IMG/VR virus record: IMGVR_UViG_3300028805_000088
Span: 25,029-89,028 of that record
Source: a virus
Lineage: Duplodnaviria; Caudoviricetes
DNA length: 64,000 bases
Strand: one strand, 5' to 3'
Shown: positions 28,925 to 38,409 of the stretch, one piece after another
How the letters are laid out: every line of letters begins with the position of its first letter
Position numbering within the stretch: the first letter of the stretch is position 1
Translations under genes and position numbers: made by a program
The notes under the pieces: generated by a model
The model's input: only the letters and a program-made list of their open reading frames with translations
Told to the model about the DNA's origin: nothing
Databases searched by the model: none

Positions 28925-30125
28925 AATGCTAGTAATACCCAGTGACACCACAGGGGTAGGAAAGTTCAGGTCTGTTGACCCTCACGTATATATTGCAGAG
29001 CACTATGGTGATGAATTCGACATTGACATTGTTTATAATATGCCTAATGGTGATTTGGAGACTTTCTTAAAGCAATATGACTTAGTTCATATCCATAAAC
29101 AGCTAGATAAAGAATGCAAGATTATTGATATGATTAAGTTCCTAGGTATACCAGTAATTATAGATGTTGATGACCATTTCAATCTTGGAGAAGACCACCC
29201 AATGTCTCTCACTGCAAAGAAAGAAAGATGGCACGAACCAATAATTAACCACCTAAAGAGGGCTGACTATGTTACTACAACAACACCTATTTTTGCTAAA
29301 GTCCTTAGAAAGATAAACAAGAATGTAAAGGTTTTTCCTAATGCAATTAATCCAGAAGAGCCACAATATGCAGTTCCTAAGAATCCAAGAGTAGATAGAT
29401 TAAGGGTTGGTATTATATGCGGTTCTTCACACTTGAAGGATTTACAACTTCTTAGTGGTGTTGCAGGCAAAGTTAATTTGGATAAGATACAGTTTGTGTT
29501 ATGTGGATTTGATACAAGAGGTAATAAGACAATCTATAACAGCCAAACTGGAGAAAAAACAACTCGTCCAATAGAACCACAAGAAAGTGTTTGGTGTGAT
29601 TATGAAAGGATTTTCACTGATAATTATAAGACAATCTCACCAGAGCATAAGGAATTCTTAATGAAATACGCAGCTGGCGTTGATGACCCATTCACAAATG
29701 AACCATATCGTAGAATGTGGACTAGAAACATCAATGACTATGCAACACACTACCAAAACGTTGATGTGCTCATTGCACCATTGAAAGAAAATGAATTTAA
29801 CAGTGTTAAATCAGAACTTAAAGAAATTGAATGTGGATTCACTCACACCGCATTTATCGGACAAAATTTTGGTGCTTACACAATTAACCTAGTTCCTATG
29901 ATTGAAAAAGGTGGTAAGATTAATGAGGAAGGTACTGCATTACTTGTTGATTCATCAAAGAATCATAAACAATGGGCAAAATACATAAATAAGCTTGCTG
30001 ACGATGCAGATATGTTGAAGAAGCTTCAAGATAATCTATATAACTTTGTTAAAGATAGATATTCACTCGCTGAGATTTGTAGACAGAGAGTTGAATTCTA
30101 TAAGAGCCTTGTAAATAAAGAATAA
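28908..30125 (+). CDS. glycosyltransferase (GT-B, family 4-like)
   Basis: DVDDH, DYVTTTTP, VFPNAI, DVLIAPLKENEFN..KSELK. Confidence 0.75.
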   Translation: MSKKIKMLVIPSDTTGVGKFRSVDPHVYIAEHYGDEFDIDIVYNMPNGDLETFLKQYDLVHIHKQLDKECKIIDMIKFLGIPVIIDVDDHFNLGEDHPMSLTAKKERWHEPIINHLKRADYVTTTTPIFAKVLRKINKNVKVFPNAINPEEPQYAVPKNPRVDRLRVGIICGSSHLKDLQLLSGVAGKVNLDKIQFVLCGFDTRGNKTIYNSQTGEKTTRPIEPQESVWCDYERIFTDNYKTISPEHKEFLMKYAAGVDDPFTNEPYRRMWTRNINDYATHYQNVDVLIAPLKENEFNSVKSELKEIECGFTHTAFIGQNFGAYTINLVPMIEKGGKINEEGTALLVDSSKNHKQWAKYINKLADDADMLKKLQDNLYNFVKDRYSLAEICRQRVEFYKSLVNKE

Positions 30126-30127
30126 TT

Positions 30128-30164
30128 AAAAAATGGAGGTAGAAACTAATCTATCTCCATTTTT
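30128..30164. terminator. bidirectional terminator
   Basis: AAAAATGGAGGTAGA/TCTATCTCCATTTTT. Confidence 0.85.
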
Positions 30165-30166
30165 CT

Positions 30167-31330
30167 TTATTGTACTTCCAAAGGTGAATATTTACCCAAA
30201 TTCATATCTGGTGTTATTTCTATGGAATCATTGTTATTGTTTGCTCCCCTAAATTCATTCTCCATAAATTCATCAATAACACCCTCAATAATTGTCTTTA
30301 CATTAACTCTATTCTCTTCCATTCTATAATTCGCTGGGTTTTGTATTATTTTTTCAAGCGCTTCATCACTCATCTTAGGAAATCTTTCTCTCAAAGCTTT
30401 TTTAAGTCCGAAATAAGAACTTCCATCATGTTCAAATGTTCCAGTGCTAGTTCTAATTGAAAATACTCTAGTTGGTTGCTTTGGCTCTTGCTGTTGGACT
30501 TGAGGCTGTTGTGGTCTCTTAACCCCAAGAACTTCTCCACTAGTTTCTGGCAACATGTTTTTAAACTCATTAATCCAAGGTTTATCTTCAAGACTCCAAT
30601 ACCTCCAAGTTCTCATATTTTTTCTATAACCTTTATTGAACAAATAATCTATAACACTAGAATCATTAGTTGTAACAACATTTTCATTCCTTTCATTTCT
30701 CTCAGTGTTGGTTATTAAATTAATTAAATTTTGATTAGATGTAATAGTAAGTTTGACTTTTCCTTCTTGTGTCATTACAATAATTGCAGTAACAGAAGCT
30801 TTCTTATTGTTAAGCCTTTTTTCACGTTTAGCTTTCATTTCATCATTAAGTTCAAGTTGGCTCATGTCTTCGGCACTCGCCAATCTCTGAATAGTAAATA
30901 AACCATTAGACCTACTAGATACTATGCTTCCTATTTGTCTAAATTCTAGACCATGCCCTTGTTTTGGGCAATATCCATTCATGTATGTATAATAATGGCA
31001 CATTTCATGTACTAAAGTTGCTAAAAAACCGTGCTCAGTACCACTATAATTTCCGTTAAGCTCTATGGTTGGATGACACATTTCAACAAAATTTTTCCTA
31101 TCTACATATACTCTATCCCAACCTTGTTTAAACATTTTTCTACTATACCTATCAACCCTAATGCCTCTAGCAGCAATTTTAAACCAACCCAATGTTCCAC
31201 CTTGAGAACCACGACCAGTTGTAAATACATTAAAGTCGCATTCTCCCAAAGCGTCATTAAAAAGCTGAGAATTCATTTCATAGTATTTCTCAGCCATCCA
31301 TTGCGTATTTGGTATAAAAGTTTTATCCAT
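30167..31330 (-). CDS. SprT-like zinc metalloprotease domain protein
   Basis: YYEMNSQLF...IELN...TLVHEMCHYY (HExxH), HGLEF. Confidence 0.8.
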   Translation of the reverse strand: MDKTFIPNTQWMAEKYYEMNSQLFNDALGECDFNVFTTGRGSQGGTLGWFKIAARGIRVDRYSRKMFKQGWDRVYVDRKNFVEMCHPTIELNGNYSGTEHGFLATLVHEMCHYYTYMNGYCPKQGHGLEFRQIGSIVSSRSNGLFTIQRLASAEDMSQLELNDEMKAKREKRLNNKKASVTAIIVMTQEGKVKLTITSNQNLINLITNTERNERNENVVTTNDSSVIDYLFNKGYRKNMRTWRYWSLEDKPWINEFKNMLPETSGEVLGVKRPQQPQVQQQEPKQPTRVFSIRTSTGTFEHDGSSYFGLKKALRERFPKMSDEALEKIIQNPANYRMEENRVNVKTIIEGVIDEFMENEFRGANNNNDSIEITPDMNLGKYSPLEVQ

Positions 31331-31366
31331 TACAAAAAACATTATTTATAATAAATAGTTTTTATT

Positions 31367-32170
31367 TTACCATTTTTCAAAAATTTTTGTAATAAACGTA
31401 TTTCTAACTATATCTTGGTTTGTAAATTCATCAACTGAAACTCCTTCTACATCATTAAGACTTTCTTTTGCGTGAATAAGCCCACTATCGTTAAAATCTC
31501 TTATTCCCTTGCGGTCACATTGTGCTCTATCGCCTAAAATCGCAATTTTAGTATTACCTTCACCCATTCTGCCGATTAAAAGTAATGTTTCTCTTTTTGA
31601 TAAATTTTCAGCTTCATCAATAATAATAAAAGCATCATCAAATGTTTTTCCTCTTGCATAACTTAACAATTCGAATTCAATTAATCCACTGTTTATCAGT
31701 TGTTGTGCAATTTCTCTATAAGGTACATTACCACTAATCTTTAATATTTTCTCCAATGTATTAATGGTTGCCATTTGAAATGGCTTTATTTTTTCTTCAA
31801 CGCTTCCAGGTAGCAGACCAATTTTTGTTGCTTCAGATGCTTCTACTGTTGGAACTATGACTATTATTTTTGACACGCTTCCATTCTTAAGTAAAAATAA
31901 TCCAGCGGTTAAAGCCAATAAAGATTTCCCAACTCCAGCTGGTGCATCACATATGTTCAATTTTAAATTTAAATCTTCAAGGTTTCTTATAAATTGTTTT
32001 TGTTTTTCATTTTTGCATTTTACGTTTAACTTATAACTAAGTGCCTTTAATTTGGTACATAGACCTTCAGATGTAAGATAATTGAGAGCACTGTCTCCTT
32101 TCATCTTTTGCTCAATGAATTCCATTTCTATTTCACTGAGGCTTTCTTTTAGATTTTTCTTTTTTCCCAT
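31367..32170 (-). CDS. phoH: PhoH-family ATPase
   Basis: APAGVGKS Walker A, RGKTFDDAFIIIDEAENL, LGDRAQCD. Confidence 0.9.
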   Translation of the reverse strand: MGKKKNLKESLSEIEMEFIEQKMKGDSALNYLTSEGLCTKLKALSYKLNVKCKNEKQKQFIRNLEDLNLKLNICDAPAGVGKSLLALTAGLFLLKNGSVSKIIVIVPTVEASEATKIGLLPGSVEEKIKPFQMATINTLEKILKISGNVPYREIAQQLINSGLIEFELLSYARGKTFDDAFIIIDEAENLSKRETLLLIGRMGEGNTKIAILGDRAQCDRKGIRDFNDSGLIHAKESLNDVEGVSVDEFTNQDIVRNTFITKIFEKW

Positions 32171-32183
32171 AAAGTTTTAGTTT

Positions 32184-32222
32184 AAAAAAAAGCGCATAAA
32201 CCCTTTCAAGGAATATGCGCTT
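32184..32222 (-). terminator. intrinsic terminator immediately upstream of phoH
   Basis: AAGCGCATA-15 nt-TATGCGCTT, 3' arm running into a U8 tract on the minus strand. Confidence 0.75.
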
Positions 32223-32259
32223 CGCTCTTATTATTAAAAAATGTAGTTTTATCCATCAT
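32206..32259 (-). CDS. 17-aa leader peptide candidate upstream of phoH (MMDKTTFFNNKSEAHIP)
   Basis: read by hand; stop codon lies in the terminator loop. Confidence 0.4.
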   Translation of the reverse strand: MMDKTTFFNNKSEAHIP

Positions 32260-32324
32260 TCACCAATCACTTTAGTATAAATATCTGAATATTTGTTAAT
32301 GAATCTAAAATGTTATCATAAAAA

Positions 32325-32356
32325 ATTGATTTTTTCAAAAAAATTCTATATCTTTG
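32325..32356 (+). promoter_or_regulatory. Bacteroidota sigma-A promoter
   Basis: ATTG-N20-TATCTTTG. Confidence 0.75.
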
Positions 32357-32382
32357 CAGCATAACATATAAAAATTGCTAAT

Positions 32383-32706
32383 ATGATTTTTGGAATGACT
32401 ATTTTTGGGACCACTTGGATTGCTGTCAGTATAATTCTAGGGGCTATTTTTTTATTCTTGTTAGGTGTCTTCTATGAAGATGGCATAGATGATGAAGGAT
32501 TTATCGCATTAAAAGCAACTGCTGCTATTGCTGTGGCAATCTTCTGGCCTTTTGTGATTTTCTTTGGCGCTTGTGTAGGAATTGTTTCAGCCCCTATTTT
32601 CCTAGGTAAAATGATTAGAAACATCATTAAAAAAAGAAAAGAAGAAAAAGAAGAAAAAGAAAAGTTCTTCAAACAGCTTGAAGGGTCAAAGAAAAAAGGT
32701 GGGTAA
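32383..32706 (+). CDS. small membrane protein
   Basis: two hydrophobic segments and a basic tail; host-type promoter. Confidence 0.7.
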   Translation: MIFGMTIFGTTWIAVSIILGAIFLFLLGVFYEDGIDDEGFIALKATAAIAVAIFWPFVIFFGACVGIVSAPIFLGKMIRNIIKKRKEEKEEKEKFFKQLEGSKKKGG

Positions 32707-32719
32707 CTCCCACCTTTTA
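32692..32719. terminator. bidirectional terminator
   Basis: AAGGTGGG/CCCACCTT. Confidence 0.85.
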
Positions 32720-34216
32720 TTATGCATATTTATTATTTAAATCGTCCACAATGTCGAAACTAAGCACGTCATGGTGAACAATACAATTCATACCATATTT
32801 AATTCTTACATCTACATAATATCTGTTAGGAATTAAAATGCTAGTATCTATCATATAATAATTTTCTGAGAAGGCTTTATTTACTCTATCCCAAGAAATC
32901 ACATCTATTTCTGATTCTCCGTCTTTAACATATAATCTTATGTAGATGGTGTCAAGTAGTTGAACAGTATTTGTTGTATAATTTGGCTTGACTGATATTA
33001 TTAATTTCCTTATATCGTTTCTTAAAATATCTTCATTTTCCCTTATTCCAGAAATAGAAGGTGTAAATCTAACATTGTTAGCTTCCATAGAGTTTCCTAT
33101 ATTAAAGAAATTAGGGGTGTCTTTAAGCGTAAAATCAAGCTCTACAGCGTCTAATTCTACTCCTTTGTATACCAACCCATTCCATGTGTCATAAAGCATC
33201 GTATCAGCCTCAAAATCACCCTTAGATAGTAATACATCAATATAGTAGATACCCTTTGCAAACTTCTTTGCTTCTATTTCTTCCATAAGTATACCGCCAT
33301 TACCACGAATAACCTCATCTTCGCCATTTGTAATGGTAACAGTTGGTAACTTATCCAAATCCTCTAAGCTCTCTCCGATTGTACAATATAGGTATAATCT
33401 ATTCCTCTTGTTAAGAACAAAATTAGACCTATCATCAGAAACAACATCATCATATCTAGTTTCTACAAATGGTTCAAAGAATGTATTTGTCTTATGACCC
33501 AATAACCCCAAATAATTCTCGTACTCACTATCGCTAGCTTCAAGCATTGGTGAGAACGCTATACCAATACCATAATTCTCCAAATCACCGTCAAGGAATT
33601 TGTTAAATACTTCTGTTATATCCAAGTTTATACACTCATTACCATAATCAAAATGCTGTCTGCCAATGACAACGGATGTTTCATCACCAGCAGCCCACTT
33701 ATCATATTCTTGAGATAGTCTGTCGTTTGTATAAACACCTTCCTCTTCCCATTTAAGTCCATTCTGACGTTGGAACCAGTTACACCCATCTTCAGATACT
33801 AACCTTTTTGGGTCAATTGGTGCTGGAGAATAATATCCGACATTTAGGTGTGTTTTAGTATAATTGAATCCTTTTCCTTCATCCCAAGGTTTTGGAATCA
33901 AGAAAAAAATAAGGTCAAAAGATGCTGCACGAATCTTCTTATTATCATTTATAGAACTTGTTTCACAATGATGCAGTTGAGTCATATCAATAGAGCCAGC
34001 ATTCGTAATGTGTAATGTGTGCTTCATTTTTGTTTTATCCACCATAATTCCATCTTCAATAAGTTTTTTTACTTCTGAATGGTCGAAATATATTAAGACT
34101 CTAGAAACAATAGTATCTTTACCATAGCACAATTCTAAAATTGGATTTAATCCAGTATTAATTTTAGAATTTGAAATTATAGAACAATCTTTTTTTATAT
34201 ACGTTTTATAAATCAT
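32720..34216 (-). CDS. late hypothetical protein, probably structural
   Basis: 498 aa, in a late-motif transcription unit. Confidence 0.55.
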   Translation of the reverse strand: MIYKTYIKKDCSIISNSKINTGLNPILELCYGKDTIVSRVLIYFDHSEVKKLIEDGIMVDKTKMKHTLHITNAGSIDMTQLHHCETSSINDNKKIRAASFDLIFFLIPKPWDEGKGFNYTKTHLNVGYYSPAPIDPKRLVSEDGCNWFQRQNGLKWEEEGVYTNDRLSQEYDKWAAGDETSVVIGRQHFDYGNECINLDITEVFNKFLDGDLENYGIGIAFSPMLEASDSEYENYLGLLGHKTNTFFEPFVETRYDDVVSDDRSNFVLNKRNRLYLYCTIGESLEDLDKLPTVTITNGEDEVIRGNGGILMEEIEAKKFAKGIYYIDVLLSKGDFEADTMLYDTWNGLVYKGVELDAVELDFTLKDTPNFFNIGNSMEANNVRFTPSISGIRENEDILRNDIRKLIISVKPNYTTNTVQLLDTIYIRLYVKDGESEIDVISWDRVNKAFSENYYMIDTSILIPNRYYVDVRIKYGMNCIVHHDVLSFDIVDDLNNKYA

Positions 34217-34221
34217 AATTT

Positions 34222-34359
34222 TTAATTTTCAACAAGTTTATTTATGATGTCTTTGTCAGAACCACTAGAAATTGCATCACAAATCATTAAAGATTCACTT
34301 GTGAATTTATTTTGCTCTCTGTACCCATAAGGTTGTTGCATTCTGTTATTTTTATTCAT
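34222..34359 (-). CDS. 45-aa ORF missing from the track (MNKNNRMQQPYGYREQN...)
   Basis: translated by hand; follows late motif 34403..34410; shares YGY..QN motif with fibre N-termini. Confidence 0.55.
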   Translation of the reverse strand: MNKNNRMQQPYGYREQNKFTSESLMICDAISSGSDKDIINKLVEN

Positions 34360-34477
34360 TTTTTCAAATATTATATAGTTAATTATTATTATTTTTTTAT
34401 TATATAAATATTATTTAAAAGTTAATAGTATAAGAAAAGAAATATAATAAAGAAAAGAAAAATATTTTATTATTAAA

Positions 34478-34509
34478 TTTGATTTTTTAACATTTTTTAT
34501 ATATCTTTG
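34478..34509 (+). promoter_or_regulatory. Bacteroidota sigma-A promoter (HD-dut-GMPR operon)
   Basis: TTTG-N20-TATCTTTG. Confidence 0.8.
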
Positions 34510-34535
34510 CATTGGAATTAAAAAATCTTAAAATT

Positions 34536-35102
34536 ATGATTACAACAGAAACTAAAGAAAAAAATTTAAAATTATTCTTCAAAAAGCTTTCTCAGTTAGG
34601 ACTTGAAACCGCTTTACTTGAAGACAATTATGGAAACGAAATCATGAATGGCAGCTTTACCAATTCTAATGAGTTTGGTAATGCATATGAGGGTTCATTG
34701 CTTGAGATTGTGTTAAAGACGTTAACCCCATACGCAGTTAAATTGAATGAACTTTTACCAGAAGAAAAGAGAGTTGACAAAAACACATTGATAAAAATTT
34801 GCTTGCTTCACCAAATAGCAAAGGCAGTAAGACTTATACCAAACGACAACTCTTGGGAAGTTGAGAAAAGGGGTCTTGTCTACAAGTACAACAGTGACCT
34901 TCCATCAATCAGAACTGGTCTTCATTCACTAATCATTTGTCAAAATTGTGGCATACAATTCACGTCGGCAGAGGCAGAGGCAATGACTGTTAATGATAGG
35001 GATTTAACGGATGACCAAGCAAGATGGCATTCAAGTATTATGGCATCAATTATTAGACAAGCAAGTGAATTAACCTATTTAACCTTAAATGATAGAAAGT
35101 AA
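34536..35102 (+). CDS. HD-domain-like protein with degenerate active site
   Basis: YEGSLL...ICLLHQIAKA pattern (HD replaced by HQ). Confidence 0.55.
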   Translation: MITTETKEKNLKLFFKKLSQLGLETALLEDNYGNEIMNGSFTNSNEFGNAYEGSLLEIVLKTLTPYAVKLNELLPEEKRVDKNTLIKICLLHQIAKAVRLIPNDNSWEVEKRGLVYKYNSDLPSIRTGLHSLIICQNCGIQFTSAEAEAMTVNDRDLTDDQARWHSSIMASIIRQASELTYLTLNDRK

Positions 35103-35767
35103 TGGATAATGATTTTTTTGAAAATCTAGACAAAAAAGATTTTATAGCATATGCAAAGGAAGCAATTGGTCAAATTCCATTGGAAATTAAACTTAAAAAG
35201 TTGGATAAAAACGCTGTAATTCCAGAGTATGCACATGATGGTGATGTTGGTATGGACTTAACGGCAATTTCAGTGGAATACGACAAAGAACATGATATGT
35301 ATATCTACCATACTGGTCTTGCATTTGAAACTGACAAACATTATGGAATATTCTTATTTCCAAGAAGTTCAAATAGAAAAACTGATGCTTATTTATGCAA
35401 TCATGTTGGAATTGCTGACTCAGCAATCTATAGGGGTGAGATAATGCTTTGTTTCAAAAACAGAACATCACTTGAAGTTAGGGCAGAGATTGAGAAAAGC
35501 AGATGTTTTATGTCTCGGTTATCTTATGAACCATTCATAACTAGTAGTGGCGATAGTGTAGTATTTAACTGGTCTCACATAGCAAAGGAAACAGAAAACT
35601 ATGAAAATTGGGTTTATGATAACCCAATGCAGTTTGCCCCATATCAAGTTGGAGAAAGAATTGCTCAAATGGTTGTTCTACCTTACCCCAATGTAAAAAT
35701 AAGTGTGCGAGAGGAACTTTCAGAAACTGAACGTGGCTCTGGTGCTTTTGGTTCAACTGGTAATTAA
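35102..35767 (+). CDS. dut: trimeric dUTPase with about 50-aa insertion
   Basis: GDVGMDL, PRSS, IADSAIYRGEI, GERIAQ, ERGSGAFGSTG. Confidence 0.9.
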   Translation: MDNDFFENLDKKDFIAYAKEAIGQIPLEIKLKKLDKNAVIPEYAHDGDVGMDLTAISVEYDKEHDMYIYHTGLAFETDKHYGIFLFPRSSNRKTDAYLCNHVGIADSAIYRGEIMLCFKNRTSLEVRAEIEKSRCFMSRLSYEPFITSSGDSVVFNWSHIAKETENYENWVYDNPMQFAPYQVGERIAQMVVLPYPNVKISVREELSETERGSGAFGSTGN

Positions 35768-36304
35768 ATGAGTATATTTGAAGTATTTTTTTGGTTTTGC
35801 AAAGAACAAAAAATAATGGACATAATGTTCAAGATGTATAATGAAAAAAACCTTGGAACATGGAAATATGATGGTGCTTATGGTACATACTTTCAGCCAA
35901 TGTCGCTGAAGGAATTTTTGACAAACAGAATGCTAGCATTTGGATTCCATGATATATTTTGGGATTTACAAGTTAGGGATAGGTCTCTTACTGAAAATCC
36001 AAGATACAAAAAAGCAAGAAGCAAATGGAACGCTTTTTCAAAAAACAATATTAAGTTTTCTGATAACTTTATTAAAATTGGGGATACAATAGAAGCAACT
36101 AGTTCATGGGGTACAATATATAGAGGAACTGTAGTTGGTTTTCCAAAAGAATTTTCTGGAGCATTTCTAATTAGAAAAAATAATGGAGAAGAATCTACTG
36201 CTAGTATCTTAGGTTGTTCAACAATAAAAATTAATGGTGTAGAAAAGAAACCTGAATTTTATATTAAACGAAGAAGAAAAATTTATGGGATTAATAAAAG
36301 ATAA
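35768..36304 (+). CDS. hypothetical protein
   Basis: 178 aa ORF in operon. Confidence 0.6.
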   Translation: MSIFEVFFWFCKEQKIMDIMFKMYNEKNLGTWKYDGAYGTYFQPMSLKEFLTNRMLAFGFHDIFWDLQVRDRSLTENPRYKKARSKWNAFSKNNIKFSDNFIKIGDTIEATSSWGTIYRGTVVGFPKEFSGAFLIRKNNGEESTASILGCSTIKINGVEKKPEFYIKRRRKIYGINKR

Positions 36305-37409
36305 AATATATTATACGTATGAAGATGTCACTATAATGCCAAATGTGATAAGCAATATAGAACATAGGGCAGAATGCATACCATTGGATGAAGAGGGTAT
36401 GTTACCATTGTTTACTGCACCAATGGATACGGTGGTCAATAGCAAAAATTTTGGAATGTTTGAGGATGAAATGATTCATGCCATCTTGCCTAGAACTGAA
36501 TCACTGACTGTTAGGGTTGAAAATTCAATTAAAGGTAGATGGTCTGCTTATTCTCTTAATGAATTCGAAAAAATATTTTGTGACGAAAAGAAAATATTAG
36601 AATATAATGGTAAAATTAAAGCACTTATTGATGTAGCCAACGGACATATGAAAAAAATAATTGATTTAGTTAGAGCTACTAGGAATATTTACGGAAATGA
36701 TGTTATTATCATGGCTGGTAATATTGCAAATCCATCAACCTATGAAGAATATGCTAAAGTTGGAATAGATTATGTAAGATGTTCAATTGGTACTGGAAAA
36801 TGCTGTATATCATCTAGCCAATTGGGTGTTCACGTACCAATGGCAACATTAATAGACGATATTGTTACTGTTAAGAAAACAATCGAAAATAAATATGAAA
36901 AACTGCCTAAAATCATTGCTGATGGTGGTATAAGAAACTATCGTGACATTATAAAGGCTTTGGCACTAGGTGCTGATTACGTAATGATAGGCAGTGTATT
37001 TGCCAAGATGCTTGAGTCGGCAGCACCTAAAACTGCTAATAGTGATGAGTGGTTAAAATTACCATTATATACAGAATTAGAAGACTTAACTGATTTTAGA
37101 CTTGAAAATACTGGATGGAGAGCCAAATATAATGGAAAGGAAATATATCTAGGTGACATTAAAGCTACTTTCTATGGCATGGCATCAAGAGAAGGACAGA
37201 TTGCACTTAATGGTGCAAAAACTAAGACTAGTGAGGGAATAAAGAAAACATTACCAGTATTATACACAATGCATGGCTGGTCAACAAATTTCATGGATTA
37301 TCTTCGTTCTGCAATGTCATATGTTGGGGTTAAAACGTTGGGTGACTTTAAAAAATATTCAACAGTGATAATAAACTCACAAAATGCTGTTTCTGCTGTT
37401 AATAAATAA
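36285..37409 (+). CDS. GMP reductase / IMP dehydrogenase family protein (no CBS domain)
   Basis: TAPMDTV, IDVANGH, IGTGKCC, IIADGGI, ALGADYVMIG, YGMAS, LRSAMSYVG. Confidence 0.85.
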   Translation: MGLIKDKIYYTYEDVTIMPNVISNIEHRAECIPLDEEGMLPLFTAPMDTVVNSKNFGMFEDEMIHAILPRTESLTVRVENSIKGRWSAYSLNEFEKIFCDEKKILEYNGKIKALIDVANGHMKKIIDLVRATRNIYGNDVIIMAGNIANPSTYEEYAKVGIDYVRCSIGTGKCCISSSQLGVHVPMATLIDDIVTVKKTIENKYEKLPKIIADGGIRNYRDIIKALALGADYVMIGSVFAKMLESAAPKTANSDEWLKLPLYTELEDLTDFRLENTGWRAKYNGKEIYLGDIKATFYGMASREGQIALNGAKTKTSEGIKKTLPVLYTMHGWSTNFMDYLRSAMSYVGVKTLGDFKKYSTVIINSQNAVSAVNK

Positions 37410-37414
37410 ATTTT

Positions 37415-37457
37415 AAAAAAGGGTGTCTAAGACTTGATTCTTAGGCACTTTTTTTTT
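37415..37457 (+). terminator. intrinsic terminator after GMPR/IMPDH
   Basis: GTGTCTAAGA/TCTTAGGCAC + T tract. Confidence 0.8.
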
Positions 37458-37474
37458 ATTTTTTATAAAAAAGT

Positions 37475-38167
37475 ATGGAAGATAAAATAACAGTCATTTT
37501 TTGCTCCAAAAAGAAGGGTGAAGAAAATAAGGGTTTCATTGACCACATAAAGGAAACTTGTGGATGTGATTTGAACGTTATTTGCGTTCATAACCCAGAT
37601 GGCATATCTCTTTCTAAAATATATGCCGATATGACAGTAAACGAGGAAATCGAAACAAATATCATTATATATATTCATGATGATGTTGAATTCTTAAGGA
37701 AGGGTTGGGGCAGTGAAATATTGAGGCTATTCAACGAACATGAAGATTACGGAATCATCGGAGTTGCTGGTTCTGCACAATTTGACGAAAATGGTGCTTG
37801 GTGGAACTATGAGAAAAAATTTGGACAAGTTTTACATAGATGGGAAGGTAAATCATGGCTTACTGCTTTCTCCCCTCTTCTTGATAAGGATTTACAAGAA
37901 GTTGCTGTAATTGATGGTTTGTTCATTGCAATACACAAAAAAAGAATATCAGAGAACTTTAGTAGAGAATTACAATCTTTTGATTTTTATGACATTTATT
38001 TCTGTCTAGCAAATTATTTTAAGAAAAAATGTAAAATTGGAGTTACGACAAATATAAGAATTGCCCATAATTCAATTGGCAAATTAAAAGATTCTTGGTA
38101 TGAAAATAGAAAAATAATAAATGAAAAATTTGGTAATAAATTTCCAATAGATGTTGATAAAAAATGA
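37475..38167 (+). CDS. glycosyltransferase-like family 2 protein
   Basis: IYIHDDVEF (DxD), IIGVAG, VIDGLFIA, FDFYD. Confidence 0.8.
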   Translation: MEDKITVIFCSKKKGEENKGFIDHIKETCGCDLNVICVHNPDGISLSKIYADMTVNEEIETNIIIYIHDDVEFLRKGWGSEILRLFNEHEDYGIIGVAGSAQFDENGAWWNYEKKFGQVLHRWEGKSWLTAFSPLLDKDLQEVAVIDGLFIAIHKKRISENFSRELQSFDFYDIYFCLANYFKKKCKIGVTTNIRIAHNSIGKLKDSWYENRKIINEKFGNKFPIDVDKK

Positions 38168-38409
38168 AATTAGAAAATTTATCATTAGAAAAAGTATATG
38201 AATTATATAGTATCGTCAAAGAATTTTGTGGAGAATATTCTAAAATGACTGATAATTATGCTTTAACAACTGGAGACAAAACTTTTGAAAATATTCCAGA
38301 AGAATTTAGGTCTTTAATTGAAACTAGGCAAAAACTAATTAGTTATAAACTTAAATTAAATGACTTGATTATAAATAAAATAATAAAAACTATGGAAAAT
38401 AATGAATAA
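38164..38409 (+). CDS. hypothetical protein
   Basis: coupled ORF. Confidence 0.6.
   Translation: MKLENLSLEKVYELYSIVKEFCGEYSKMTDNYALTTGDKTFENIPEEFRSLIETRQKLISYKLKLNDLIINKIIKTMENNE

Noticed and set aside
12961-30160. Similar AGA(A)CTAATCT loops in two terminators
   Set aside because: Two short instances, adequately explained as ordinary terminators
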